Of a stretch of 64,000 nucleotides of DNA, positions 49,552 to 62,790 are shown piece by piece. Every line of letters starts with the position of its first letter. Position 1 is the stretch's first letter. A program made the position numbers and the translations under genes. This stretch comes from Glaucostegus cemiculus (Eukaryota): contig CDPCPM010000157.1 in NCBI GenBank assembly GCA_976551045.1, positions 5,084,001 to 5,148,000 of the forward strand, given 5' to 3'. A model generated the notes under the pieces. That model worked only from the letters and a program-made list of their open reading frames with translations, made no database searches and was not told where the DNA came from.

Positions 49552-49990
49552 GCACCATCGGCAGTATCCACAGGAGACGTTGCCTCAAGAAGGTAACATC
49601 CATCATCAAAGATCCCCACCATCCGGACCACGCTATCTTCTCGCAGCTACCATTTGGCAGGAGGCACAGAAGCCTGAAGCCCCACACCACCAGGTTCAGG
49701 AACAGCGACTTCCCTTCAACCATTCGGTTTTTGAACCAACCGGCACAACCCTAATCACCACCTCAGTAAAGCAACACTGTGACAATTTTGAACTACAATG
49801 GACTTTTTGTTTGTTCTAATTGTGTTCTTTCTTGTAAAAATTGTGTACAATTAATGTTTAATTTGTGTTTTTCTTGTGAGTGCTGTTTATATGATGTTTG
49901 TGCCTGTGATGCTGCTGTAAGTCGGTTTTTCATTGCACCTGTGCACACGTTACTTGTGCATATTGCAATAAATTCAACTTTGACTTTTGA
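49552..49990 (+). mobile_element. Rex1/Babar 3' fragment
   Basis: RRRCLKKVTSIIKDPHHPDHAIFSQLPFGRRHRSL..TTRFRNS.FP.TIRFLN. Confidence 0.92.
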
Positions 49991-52099
49991 CATTATACAA
50001 GGGTGTGATAGTCACGATTGAAATCTTCCTGGAAGGAATGTTCACTGGAGTGGAAACGCTTTGGACACCAAGAACCTGAGTGTTGAATCTTCCAAATTTT
50101 AATCTTAATTAAATCTCCTTACACTTCCATTGCTCTTTCAATGGGTGTCTACTCCTCCAACAGCAGGGGACACACAGTCCTCTGCTGCTGCTCCAAGGTA
50201 CCGAATGTAAAATGTGTCGGCTGGAATTATTGACATTGGTTTCTTCTGTATCCTCAACACATTTTGGTTGAAAGAACAGTCTGTTCCTTCTATTCCTGAA
50301 ACACTCCTTCCAGGAAGAATGTAGGAATCGGGATACACCTATATGGTTTGACCTTTCAATAATTTCTGGACAATCTATCCAATCATGCTTTATCAATCCA
50401 TGTAATTTTCCTGAATGAAGAAAAAAATACTTGCCCTCCAGACTCAATAGTGAACTCAACAATTTCAGATAACCAGCTTTCCTGTTGACGTCAGAACTGG
50501 CCTATTCTGATGCAAGGCGATCCACCTTCATTGTTTTTATCTTTCCACAGATGCTGCCTGACCAGCTGAGTATCTCCAGCGCTAGGATACTTGGCTGCTT
50601 CTGCTATTCGATCCTGGCCTGATATCCCCTACAGCCAACCTAGCTGGTGGTAACAAGTTTGACCCCTCCCACCTGTAACAACTCCTTCCAGCCTGAAGTG
50701 CCATTACAACCCTAGCCCATATCTAGATCCTTTAGGAACGAAGTGACCTGATGCCTCAAGTCCCAATAGAGGTCAACACGGGTACAAAATTAAGACCCTA
50801 CCTGAACACAGCCTATTTAAACTTGACCTGTGTCAGGGGATCCACAAATTAATTGGCTCCTGCATCTGACCATTGCCAAGAACCATGCCCTGATGTCCAA
50901 ACACTCTCACCCCAACGTCGAAGATGCCCCAGCCATTAGATTAATCTGTCCAATTTCTAAAACTTGGTTCAAGCGTATTTATAAAGGGAATTAACATTTC
51001 ACATTGATGAGTTTTCATCTGATGCACCTTGATTTTGCTTCCCTCTCTACCTGCTGACTAAATCCAGCGTTCTGTGTTTTGATTACATATGGTTGAGTGC
51101 AGTTAAGCTCCGGTTGGGTTTAAATCCTAGGCATTCATTGCTCTGGGTGGTGGGGCCAACATGGACCACAATCACAGTTAGCACTGGGACAGGCAGCTCC
51201 GTGCTTGGCTCTTTGGGTGAGGTACCTCAGAGTCAGGGCGATGCTAGTGGAACTCTCGCTGTGGCAGCAAGACTCATTGGCGAGAGAGAACAATTACACA
51301 GCTGGGACACAGGATGGTGGGAGTGACAGAACATTTTCAGTTTATTACTGTTTCAAAGCGACTGATTCTGCTGCAGACATTTCCAAGAAACGGCAGGAGT
51401 CCTTGAGCACTTGATGGAAGCTTCCCCCACTCTCTAGGGGAACAGGGCCAATAGTGCGTGAGCAGAAAGCAGAATCAAACTTCAAGCAAATCAGGAAAAT
51501 CGTTTTCCTAAATCCGACTTTCTTTACCCATCCGAAAGGATTACGAGGCTTGTAGCTGGTCATAAACTGTTTAAGACTTTCTCAGCACTGTACATAAAGC
51601 AGGCTGATTAAATTTAAAACCTGCAATCTGCCACTATCACAGGAATCTCTGCATAATGCTTGATAAGATTATTGTCAGCAGGCAATGAACCCAACTCTGT
51701 CCACCTCCCTCTCACCTGGAAGGTTTGTATAAAGTCGATAACCTAGATACGGTTATGCACCCTGAAAGGTTTGCAACGAGGTCATTGATTGCATGGTACA
51801 ACTGCCGGTAATGTTAGCAGTGCCTGAATCTTGCCATTGTACAAGGGACACGGTGGGCGATGAGATGAAGTGGATGGAGGAAGAGGCCCCTCGTGCCTGC
51901 TTTGCCATTCAGTAATTTATAGCTGATCTTTTGCCTCAGTGCCCCTTTCCTGCACTATCCCCATAGCACTAGATTCCTTATGCATTCCTTTCACATCTGC
52001 TGAGGTCTGTGTTGAATACAATCAGCGACTGAGCTTCCACAGCCCTCTTTGCTGCCAAATTCCAAAACTGCCAGACTTTGGGGAAGAAATTCAATCTTA

Positions 52100-52365
52100 G
52101 AATTAGAGGGTACCAGTTTAAAACAGAAATGAGGAGAAATGAGCCAGAGGGTAGTGAAATTATGGAATTCTTTGCCACGGACAGCTGTGGAGGCCTGATC
52201 ATTGGGGGCATTTAAGGAGGAGATTGATAGGTATCTAATTAGTCAAGGTATCAAGTGATGTGGGGATAAGGCCAGAAATTGGGGCTAGATAGGAATAGTG
52301 TTGGTTTGGCTCATGGAGCAGATTCGATGGGCCGAATGGCCTACTTCTGCTCCTTTGTCTTGGGA
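52100..52365 (+). mobile_element. CR1 3' end nested in an antisense older CR1 (about 51870-52460)
   Basis: WNSLP and FKEEIDRYL motifs plus tail. Confidence 0.8.
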
Positions 52366-53554
52366 TCCCTGTCCCGAAGGGGCAATCCTTTATTTTGACA
52401 CGCTGATCCCTCATTCTGCACACCCCAGCCAGCAGAAACATCGTCCCATCCTCTACCCTGTCGAGGTCAGTCGGGGTTGATGTGAGGGATGAGAGAGGGC
52501 TGGCAGTCTGGGTGGGGGAGGCAGTGGTGGGAGTCCAATCAGGTCGGAGTTTGACACCTTGAGAAAGAAGTGGGGGCCGGGAGGGAAAGGAAAAGTAAAA
52601 ATTGGGGTCTCAACTAGGAAAGTTAGGGTACAGTGAAGTCTCAAGGAGTTTAGAGTGTCAGGACTAGTGGGGGATTAAACCAATAGGTGATGGGGTGTTT
52701 ACTTCTTCACCTCAGGATCTGGGAGTCATTGGGAAGGCCAGCATTTATTGCCTGTCCCTCACTGCACAGAGAAAGGTCGTGGTGGCAACCGAGTGACTAG
52801 ACTGTTTCCAAGGGGTTTTAAGAGTCAACTAAATGGTGTGGATCTGGAGTCACATATAGGCTAGACCATGCAAGGTACTCTGAAGAACATTAATGAAGCA
52901 GATGTTTTCTTTTACAAGGAATGTTTTGTTTTAAACAAGGATCCAATAGTTTTTATGGTGGTCATCACTAATGACGAGATGTCATGGTGGGATTTGTACC
53001 CAGACTTCTGGATTACCGGCCCAGTAATTTGACCGCGGTGCCACCAACATAGAGTGGAGTTATGAAAGCCCAATTATTCTGGGAGCGTTTTGGGCCAGCT
53101 GTTCCTCAAAGAAGCATGCATTAATGTGCCCAGAATGTTCTAAGAGAAGCATGACACGGACAATGACATCATTTCATGCACATCTGGCATAAATTCAGAC
53201 AGATGTGATCGAGTAGCTGTCAAGTTCCTGGAGCGGCATTGCACTGTGGGGGTAGGAAAGCATGTCTCAGGCACCTTTGCCTAAAAATTGGAGCTCATTT
53301 TGTTGGTGTGGTGAAAGCTCATTGCTTGTGGCAGCTACATCCAATCAGATCTCCTCCAAAATTGACGCAAAGCAAATACGCAACAGCGTCAGTGTAGTCT
53401 CTAGCCCAAAGGATACATCGAATTGCGACCTAAGTGCAAATTTTGCCACAATTCCTTGGAAAAATTGTCAGCCCTTAAAGGCACAGTCCTTGGAGTGGGT
53501 GGGCACCAGCAGCACACAGGCTGCCACAGGGGAGAGGGAGGCGGGAGTGGGGAG

Positions 53555-53990
53555 GGTATTGGTATTGCTTGATTATCATCACTTGTACCGAGGTACAGTG
53601 AAAAGCTTGTCTTACAAACCAATCGTACAGGTCAATTCATTACACAGTGCAGTTACATTGTTAGTACAGAGGGCACTGATGTAGTACAGTAAAAACAATA
53701 ACAGTACAGAGTAAAGTGTCACAGCTACAGAGAAAGTGCAGTGCAATGAGGTGCAAGGTCACAACAAGGTAGATCATGAGATAACAGACCATCTCATTGT
53801 ATAAGGGAACCGTTCAATAGTCTTATCACAGTGGGGTAGAAGCTGTCCTTAAGTCTGGTGGTGCGTGCCCTCAGGTACCTGTATGTTCTACCCAATGGAA
53901 GAGGAGAAAAGAGAGGATGTCCCGGATGAGTGGAGTCTTTGATTATGCTGGCTGCTACACCAAGGCAACGAGAGGTAAAGACAGAATCTT
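53555..53990 (-). mobile_element. Rex1/Babar 3' fragment
   Basis: SRCLGVAASIIKDSTHPGHPLFSPLPLGRTYR..TTRLKDSFYPTVIRLLN. Confidence 0.93.
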
Positions 53991-55124
53991 CGAAATGGTG
54001 CATTCCTGCCCCTCCTGGAATCACCTGCCCCTCCTGGCCCCACACTGAGGCTAACTGTGGGATAACCAGTAAGCCAAACATCACATCTTTCCCCCATTAG
54101 AAAGCAGTTGTTGTTAATTTGAACCCAGTCTGAGCACTTCAGAATGTGAGCATTAAGTTTTGAAGCTGCCTTGTGAACGGTCCTGACAACAGCAGTGTCC
54201 CTTTAAATCTCAAATAAAACAAAAATGTAGTGCAACGTGCACTTAGTCCTACCGAGACTGCTCATTGTGTGTGGAACTTTGAGCACCAACTTGCGTCAGT
54301 GTAGGCTGAAACTTGCATTGCATGATAACTTACATCATTAGGTGTATGCCCTATGTAGGGAAATGTCAGCATCCCAACTGGAAGTGCCCAGTCCAATTTT
54401 ACTAATGACATAATTTAATCGAGGAATCATCACTAATATGATTTACTCCATAAAATCAATTTTGAGTTACACAGAGCTTAAAAGAAAACAGCACTCTGCA
54501 ATTCATTTTAATGGCTGTACAGTTCGATAACATAATTTTATGTGTCCACGTTTAATGTAAGAATAGAAAAGATAGGAACAGATATTCAACCCACTGAGTC
54601 TGCTCTGCCTTCCAACTGGATCTTCCACCTCAATGCCATTTTCCTGCGCTATCCCCATTCCCTGATCGTTATCCACACAATCCACACGCACGCAAAGCCA
54701 TGGTCGGGCTTATCATCGCTAAGCAGCCAGTCAGCACTCACTGCCTGAACTTGCAGCTGAGGATTAGGCCTGGTGAGACCAGAGGGGCCAACAGCCAAGG
54801 GATCAGAGAGAACAGGGAACAAAAGTGGAAGGATTCGCTTAAGGTAGGGGCGCATCCTGTGGGAAATGTAAATGGGACTATGTAAGGAAATAAAAATGTC
54901 AAAATTGAAATGTCTGGAATTAAATAGATCATCCATTACTGCTCAGCTAATAAAAAAAATAATTGACATATGAGCTTTAGTAATGTGTACACGAGGGAAT
55001 TAATACACGGGGAATGTTCTAATGTCAGTCCTGCTATTGTCTGGCAGAAGGACAGAGTGAATCAGACATCCTTTTCCTACTTGAGGGTGGGTTGGAGCTG
55101 GGGGGAGGGAGCGGGGCAGGATTG

Positions 55125-55562
55125 CCATAGTTACAGAAACAGGCCCTTCGGCCAGCGTGCCCACCTGAGGTAGTTCCAGTTGCCTGCGTTTGGCCCATTT
55201 CCCTCTACACCTTTCCAATCCATGTACCTGTCCACATGTCTCTCAAATGTTCCAATTGTAGCCACCTCCACCACTTCCTCTGGCAGCTTGTTCCATATAC
55301 CCACCACCTTCTGTGTGGACAACCTGCCCCTCAAGTCTCACCTTAAACCAATGCCCTCTAGTTTAAGACTCCCCTACGCTTTGAAAATGACTGCGAACAT
55401 CAACCTGAGCGACGGCCCTCCTGACTGTATCAACCTCTGTGGGGTCACCCCTCAACCTCCTTCACTCCAGGGAAAACAGTCCCAGCCTGCCCAGTCTCTC
55501 CTTGTAACTCAAGCCCTCCAGTCCCGCCAACATCCTTGTGAATCCTTTCTGCACCCTCTCTA
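55125..55562 (-). mobile_element. CR1 3' end
   Basis: LERVQKGFTRMLAGLEGLSYKERLGRLGLFSLE; TQKVVGIWNKLPEEVVE. Confidence 0.92.
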
Positions 55563-56014
55563 GATCATGTGGGGCGTCAATAGTGGGTGAAAGGACATTT
55601 AAACTTGGTAGGGGAGGTATTAAGTGCAGGGCTTTTTGCGAGGAGCCGCATTCTTTACCACAGAAGCTTCTGGATACCTGAGGTGTGTCTAAGATAAATG
55701 CAACATAAAGAAGGTGGGATCCTTCAGGGGGCAAGAGCTTGCAGGAATGATCCTTCCAGGAGCCATCTCACATTCACTTCGGAATATAACGCAACTGAGG
55801 GAGCTTCAGAAGGAATCCAGTAGCCTGTCCCAATGGACAATGCTTGGTAGAGAGAAGCTAACAGGAGAGGAGATATGTGGGAATAATGTATATGAATGGG
55901 TTTGGATGACTCATCACTCAGATCCAACGTTCTTGCAGTTATCCCTCAGCTGAGATGAACTGATACTTCGAGAATCAAAGCAACAGGCCTTACAGTCTAC
56001 TAAGCACACTGAAA

Positions 56015-56276
56015 GGGTGGCACGGTAGCGTAGCAGTTAGCGCGATGCTGTTACAGCGCCAGCGTTCGGGGTTCGATTCCCGTCGCTGTCTGTAAGGAGT
56101 TTGTACATTCTCCCCGTGTCTGCGTGGGTTTCCTTCGGGTGCTCTGGTTTCCTCCACATTTCAAAGACGTAGGGGTAGGTTAATTTGGGTTTAAAATGGG
56201 TGGCACGGACTTGTTGGGCCAGAAAGGCCTGTTACCATGTTGTAAATAAAATTTAAAATTTAATTTAAAAAATTTA
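56015..56276 (+). mobile_element. Young V-SINE with CR1-type tail
   Basis: Full length; followed by older V-SINEs at about 56290-56530 (minus) and 56840-57065 (plus). Confidence 0.92.
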
Positions 56277-57065
56277 AGTCTGTACCAAGTGTCATGCACC
56301 CATTTACATTAATCCAACACTACTCCCACTTTACTCTGCCCACAGATTTGACCACTCACTGACACAGAACAGTGGTCAGTTAACCTACCAGCCTGCACAT
56401 CCCTGGGATGAGGAAGGAAAGCTGAGCACCTGGAGGAAACCCACGTGGTCGGAGAAGAATGTGCAAACTCCACACAGGCAGCACCAGAGGTCTGGACTGA
56501 ACCTGGATCATGGGATTACGAGGCAGCAGTGCAACTGTGTGTCCCCGGAAAAGAGTTCAAGTGTTCAAAGGTCTGGAATGAGTGATGGGAGTCTCACAAC
56601 ACACAGTGCCCTTCATTGCCTGATGTGGGCTTCAGTTAGCAGGTGTATCCACTTCAGGTGTCATACACCCTGGAGATGAAAAGTCAATTAATTAAAAAGA
56701 GGGCAGTTTGGTAAGGAAGCTGTGAGACAGCACCCCAGCCGAGGAGCCTACTGCAAGGCCCATTAAAATAATACAAAATGCTGTGGCAGACGGCACTGTG
56801 CTCCAGCTTGCTGAGCAGCCTGCTCACATCTCCAGCAAGAAGGGTGCAACCCTGATCTCTGGCGCTGTCGGTGTGGAGTCTGCACGCTCTCCCTGTGACT
56901 GTGTGCATTTTCCCCAGGTGTTATGGCTTCCTTGCACATCCCAAGGGCATGTGGTTTGGTAGGTTAGCTGGCCGCTGTAAGTTGTCCCTGGTGTGAGTGG
57001 TGGAATCGGAGAGGAGTAGGTGAAGACGTGGGCGGAATAAAATGGGATTAGTGCAAATGGGTGCT

Positions 57066-57433
57066 GGAGAGGGGGGGGGGGGAGAGGGAGGGTGAGGGAG
57101 AGTGGGGGAGAGTGGGGGAGTGTAGGGGAGTGTAGGGGAGTGTGGGGGCGAGTGGGGGCGAGTGGGGGTGAGTGGGGGTGAGTGGGGGCGAGTGGGGGGG
57201 AGAGGAGGAGAGGGGAGAGAGGGAGAGGGAGAGTGAGGGAGGGGGAGAGAGAGGGAGAGTGAGGGAGGGGGAGAGAGAGGGAGAGTGAGGGAAGGGGAGA
57301 GAGAGGGGGAGAGAGGGAGGGGGATTGGGAAAGGGGAGAGGGAAGAGGGAGAGGAGAGAGGGAGGGGGAGAGGGACAGGAGAGAGGGAGGGGGGAGCGGG
57401 AGGGGGAGAGGGAGGAAGGGGGGGGGAGAGGGA
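57066..57433 (+). repeat. G-rich purine tract: 10-bp units (gagtgggggN)n grading into (GA/GGA)n
   Basis: Directly visible. Confidence 0.95.
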
Positions 57434-58011
57434 GTTTAAGAATGAACTAAGAACTGGGCTGCTGGACTGGGATGCCTCCCAGTCCAATAGACTGGAACAC
57501 TTGACTTTAAGCAGCTGGGTATTAATACTTGCTATTTGATGAGTTATTGACGGGACCAGGAAAATACAGGACTGTGCTGCAGCTCAGAATTAGAGGAAGG
57601 AAAAATAAATTATGAGAAAAAGAAACACAGCTTTGCAAAATAAGCCCAGATCACCTGCGGCGATACTCAATATTTCATGAAGAAGATGAAGGTTCAGTGG
57701 TTCAACCGGGTTCTGCTGCATTTGTTTTAAAATAAAAGAGAGAATCTCTTCAAAACAACTGTTCATTCTAGGAAGCTTTAATTAATCCCGAAAGCTTTGG
57801 TAACACATAGGTTCTAAATATAACTGGAAATGAAGGTGTTTTACAGCCCTAAGTGTTCTCTTCTTGGACTAGTTAAGCCCAATAATTAAGGCTGAACCCA
57901 GCCAGTTCGCCCATTATTGAGCAACCAGTCTCTGCCAGCTAGCCCTCTGAGGTAGTCCTCACAATGAGAGGAGTGAGGTCTTCAAAAATCAGACGTGCGT
58001 AACTATATGCA

Positions 58012-58135
58012 GCAATGAACACAGAATGGTGGAGGAACTCAGCAGGTCAGGCAGCATCTATGGAGGGAAATGAACAGTGGACGTTTCGGGCCGAGACCCT
58101 TCATCAGGACTGGAAAGGAAGAGGGAAGAAGGCAC
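58012..58135 (-). mobile_element. Penelope-derived pLTR fragment
   Basis: ggaggaactcagcaggtcaggcagcatct arm with an embedded hammerhead motif. Confidence 0.75.
58075..58112 (-). ncRNA. Minimal type I hammerhead ribozyme motif (best core in the window)
   Basis: Minus strand cagtc-CTGATGA-a-gggtc-tc-ggccc-GAAAC-GTC-cactg; palindromic ACGT in place of stem III; one C-C mismatch at the base of stem I. Confidence 0.8.
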
Positions 58136-58294
58136 AACTATACATTAAACCTCACACTGCCATTTCTGGCTGTCTTGTTGTGAGAAGGACAGTTCCAAGA
58201 GGAGTGGTTGGTGTTGACAAAGCAGGCAGGCACATCTGGGGCAGTGTGGATGGCCACAGGTTGAGGCTGAAGGGAGTTTAACCAGATCCAGGGT

Positions 58295-58600
58295 GACACC
58301 ATGGCATAGTGGCACAGCTAGTAGTGCCACTGCCTCACAGTGCCAGAGACCCAGGTTCAATCCCGACCCCAGGTCCTCTCTGTGTGGCGCTTACACGTTC
58401 TCCCTGTGACTCCATGGGTTGACTCCTGGTACTCCATATCCCAAAGACATGCGGGCTGGTAGGTTAAATGGTCCTGTAAATTGTCCCTCATGTGCAGGTC
58501 CAAGACAGAATTTGTTGGGGAGTTGGTGGGAATTAGAGTAAATGGGTGCTCGGGCATGGACTTCAATGGCCCAAGGACCTGTTTCAGTACTATACAGTAT
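58295..58600 (+). mobile_element. Older V-SINE
   Basis: Head, ggttcaatcc B-box, V-domain and tail. Confidence 0.8.
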
Positions 58601-58639
58601 CTCAGGAATTAGCAGTGGATATATGGTCAGGCTCCAAGT

Positions 58640-59020
58640 GGGGAAGTTCTGAGTTCAAATACCACTTCACAGACTCAAATTCATAATGCAGGCTGGCAAA
58701 TGGGAGAGGGAATGCTGCTTTGTTGCAGGAACTAACCTTAAACACCACCCATGTTTATTCTTCAGGAAGAAAGAAAAGATCTCCAGCATTATTTAAATAA
58801 AGAGTGGAGCAGTTTCTCCTGTACTCTGGCCAACACTAAGCGAATTTACCAACATCTCCTTCAAAGCAACCTGACCGTCACCACGAGACTGATCAGTAGA
58901 GCTCGCTGTGAGCAGTTCGGCTGCTGCATTTTCAATGATAAAACAATAACTGTACTTCAAAAGGACCTTCAATGCCCGTTAAGAGCTGTGGGCCGTAAAA
59001 GGCATTCTACATATTAAACT
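58640..59020 (+). mobile_element. Decayed Deu-domain SINE
   Basis: Colinear with the element at 3470-4565 (gttcaaat head, gagggaatgctgc, ctggccaaca, tail). Confidence 0.55.
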
Positions 59021-59940
59021 CAATTTGTTTTAGTGCTCGCTGCACTGTCACAAGGATGTTTGATCCTCCTCCAGGTTATCTGAGCGATCGTGTTCTGGGC
59101 GCCTCAGCTGCGGGGTTTGTCTGTCAACAACATAAGAGTCCATTTTAAGTACAACTGCTTGGATATAAAGCTCCCAGGTGGCTCGATTGAGGGATGTGGC
59201 CATAATCTATGTGCAAGTCACACATAAAACCCAGTCGGCACGTGTTTCAATGCGGGTGTGGCCATACCCTGCAGAAGTGCAGCCCATTGGGTAGCCGGGC
59301 ACGTTCTGCTCTCCTGTGTCTGATGTCCTCCCAGTCACACACGCGGCGACATCACCAACCCGTGCGCCACCCCCCCCCCCCCACCGCGTCAGAGCAATGA
59401 AGTCCAAACTTCAACTGAAACAGAAAATGATGGAACCTCTCAGCAGGTCAGACAGCGTCTGCGGGGAGTGAATCAGTTAATGTTTCGCGCCTGGGATGAT
59501 TCATCCACAATCTCCGTCACTAACTCACAGTAAAACGAGGAGCAAACCCTGCAGTGAGCTGGCTGGGAGCTGTGATTGAAAGGATTCTGGCTGGGGTGTC
59601 GATGTACCGCTGTCTCTGTGTGTGCCCACCTGCGGTTCCAATGCCGTGCACTTGTTGCATCATCGTTGGGTCTCCTGACTCTCAAATTCACGTGCAGCAC
59701 AGACACCCTAAGACCTTGGTCTGAACAATGGACCTGAGACACGTGGTGATGTAGGGCCACTCACAGCAATGGGACTCACTCTGGAAGGACAACCATGGGC
59801 TGAGATGGGTGGCAGTCACACACACACTGAGATATGTAGACCCCACCCCCCCAACACCATGTCCTCCATGTTTTCCCTCACCTTCACAGCAACCTTGTAC
59901 CATGGCAGTGATCTGCTTCCCATTGCTCCTCACAGCTAAG

Positions 59941-60214
59941 ATGCAGCAGCTGCCTCTGGGAGTTGTGCAGGTTGCATTTGAACACATGCAGCAGCTGCAT
60001 TTGGTAAACTGCACAGGTTGCATTTTAGCACCTGCAGCAACTGCCTTCAGGAACGGTGCAGGTCGCATTTTAGCACCTGCAGCAACTGCCTTCAGGCACG
60101 GTGCAGGTCGCATTTTAACACATGCAGCAACTGCCTTCAGGAACGGTGCAGGTCGCATTTTCACATGTGCAGCAACTGCCTTCAGGAACGGTGCAGGTCG
60201 CATTTTAACATTGC
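59941..60214. repeat. 45-bp minisatellite, about 6 copies (2 degenerate, 4 near-identical)
   Basis: Unit gcaggtcgcattttagcacctgcagcaactgccttcaggaacggt. Confidence 0.95.
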
Positions 60215-61049
60215 AAGTTAGGTGAAAACCACTGGAATTTTAAAACATTTTCCCGCCTTTCCAACTTAGCCAGAGAACCAGTCCTGCAAAATAGGATTAC
60301 AGTCCTTGCAGTTTCCCGCACTGCCCCCCTCAGCACGGCTGACACAGTCCTGCACTGCAGCAGCGACAGAAATCAAAGCCTGCAGCCACATGGGGAGCGG
60401 TTACACTCCCTCCCCCTTTGGTGCTGCTGGGTGAGAACACAACCATAAATGCCCCGTTACACAGAAAGAAGGGTTGATTGATGAGCAGACCTCTGGCCTG
60501 ACCAGATGACCCTTCACCGGGAGGCAGTCAGCCACGTCAAGCCTCCAGCAATCCAGTTCCTGTCAATGTGTGCTGGTGTAATGAGGCTGGGAACTGGCTG
60601 CTCCATCCTTTGTTGAGTGTTAGAGATCTGGTCTCTGCAGATAGCCGCCAGCCTGCTTGGAAACCTTATATCAACATGACTATTCAGAATCTGCATATGC
60701 GATTGCATTTTTAATCCCAGTCCCAAGGATTCTGTAATATTTTACCCAACAGCTTTAACCCGACACTCTGCATCTTACAGTTACAAAACAGATCAAATCA
60801 CTTCTTTCCCTTTCCACTTCAGTGAGATGCAATCTCTTGATTGTTCAGCTAAATCGGTCAATGCAACAGCTCATTACTCAATAAGTACCACAGTCCGGGC
60901 CCTGCAGGTGTTGGAGTTGCAGAAGAGATTGCCACTCGGCTAATCCCCAAGAATTGTTCAGCTCTCCCTGACCAGTCAGTTAAACAGAATCAGGAGAGAA
61001 AGGAAAAGGACAGGAGCCCAGACTAGCGTTGCAACCTCATGGAGTTTTC

Positions 61050-61618
61050 TGAAATCGAAAGTCTCCTGCCTGGTCACATCATGGTCAGGTGCGGCAATTC
61101 GAATGCGCAGGAACGTACAAAACTGCAGAGAGCAGTGGACTCAGCCCAATACATTACGGGCACATCCCTCCCCCCCCCAATCGGTAGCATCTACAGGAGG
61201 CGCTGCCTCAAGAAGACAACGCCTATCGTCAAAGATCCCCACCATCCCATCTTCTCACAGCTACCACTGGGTAGAAGGTACAGAAGCCTGAAGTCCCACA
61301 CCACCAGGTTCATGAACAGCTACTTCCCTTCAACCATTCAGTTCTGAACCAACTGATACAACCCTAATCAATACCTCAGTATAGCAACGCTATGGCCACT
61401 TTAATCACTTTGCACTAAAATAGACTTCATGTTATTTTTGTTCTACTTGTGTTCTTTCTTGTGAAAATTGTGTATAATTTATGTTTAATTTATGTTTTTC
61501 TTGTGAGTGCTGCTTATCTGATGCCTTGTGCCTGTGATGCTGCTGCAAGTAAGTTTTTCATTGCATCTGTGCACACGTATACTTGTGCATATGACAATGA
61601 GCTCAAATTTGACTTTGA
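61050..61618 (+). mobile_element. Rex1/Babar 3' fragment
   Basis: IESLLPGHI...GNSNAQER.KLQR.VDSAQYITG..YRRRCLKK..KDPHHP..GRRYRSL..TTRFMNSYFP. Confidence 0.92.
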
Positions 61619-62483
61619 AGGTTAGTCTCCTGCAGTAAATGAAGACATCAAAAGTCATATGAGTGTTTAAAAAAAATACTAATTATTTCTTTTTCTTTGA
61701 ATGCTTTTATAGAAACACTGCAGATAATAGTGCTAGCTTGTGCTTCTATGTCGTGAAGAAATAGGGAAAGAGATTTGGGATGTGGCGAGGAACAAGGGAG
61801 ATTGGGGTGTGGAACCTACAACAAAACAATGATCTTGACGTGAAGACACACTGCTGGGCTCCATCCGTGGAGAAACAGTCCCAGCCAGGCTGACTCTACC
61901 CAGGCTGATAGCAGCAGCAATTTTTATTCATTAAGTATGTTAATCGAGGAGAGTTAATGAAGACTTAAAGGATAATGGCCGCACTGGTGAAGATTTTATA
62001 GCTCTGAAGTCAGAAGTCCACTGTAGCGGAGAATGGGAAGCAGTGGCAGACCACGTGTGAGGCACTGGACCATGGAGCCAGCAGCTGCCACAGTGACAGC
62101 GTGATTAATCGATTGCTTCGTCTGGTGTCGGGTTAACAGAGATCCACGGGTGACTTTCAGTCCCTTCCTCCTTCAGCTCTGCAATGGGTTCTTCGGCTCA
62201 TCAAGGTGAGGGTTGATAGTCTCAAAGGGGGAAGTGACAGAGTGAGGCAAATCAGCATCTATACATTCAAAGAGATCCACACAGCAGCATCAGAGGGCTT
62301 GTGGCTACTGTGCTCTTCCTCCTGCTAGAAGACCAGAGCACTGTACAGGGGATAATGTGACAGCTGCGATGTAGGAAACACAATGGCCGTAGTGCGCACC
62401 AAACTCCCGCAAACAGCAAGGAGACAATTGCCAGATCGGTGGCTTTTAATTATGTTGGCAAAGGAATAAGTATCAGCCAGAGA

Positions 62484-62790
62484 GCGGCACAGTGGTGTTG
62501 CTGGTAGAGCCGCTGCCTCACAGCTCAGGCAACCCAGGTTCAATCCTGACCTCCGCCGCAGTCAGCGTGGGGTTCCTGCGTTCTCCCTGCAACCGTGTGT
62601 GGGCTTCCTCTGGGTGCTCCAGTTCCCTTCCTCATCCCAAAGACATGTGGGTCAGTAGGTTAAATGGCCACTATAAATCGTTCCTGGTGTGTCAGTGAGT
62701 GGTAAAATCTGGGGGGAGTTGATGGGGGTGTGGGGAGATTAAAGTGGGACTAGTGTAGGATCAGTGTAAATGGGTGCTTGACAGTCCAGT
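62484..62790 (+). mobile_element. Older long V-SINE
   Basis: gcggcacagtggtg head, B-box and V-domain. Confidence 0.85.

Noticed and set aside
50486-50493. Perfect CRE TGACGTCA
   Set aside because: A single 8-mer is expected about once per window of this size, and there is no supporting context.
54005-54037. 14-bp direct repeat cctgcccctcctgg near a Rex 5' end
   Set aside because: Short and low-complexity; cannot be distinguished from ordinary slippage.
56921-57487. Pro/Ser-rich 188-aa ORF
   Set aside because: Translation of the purine tract.
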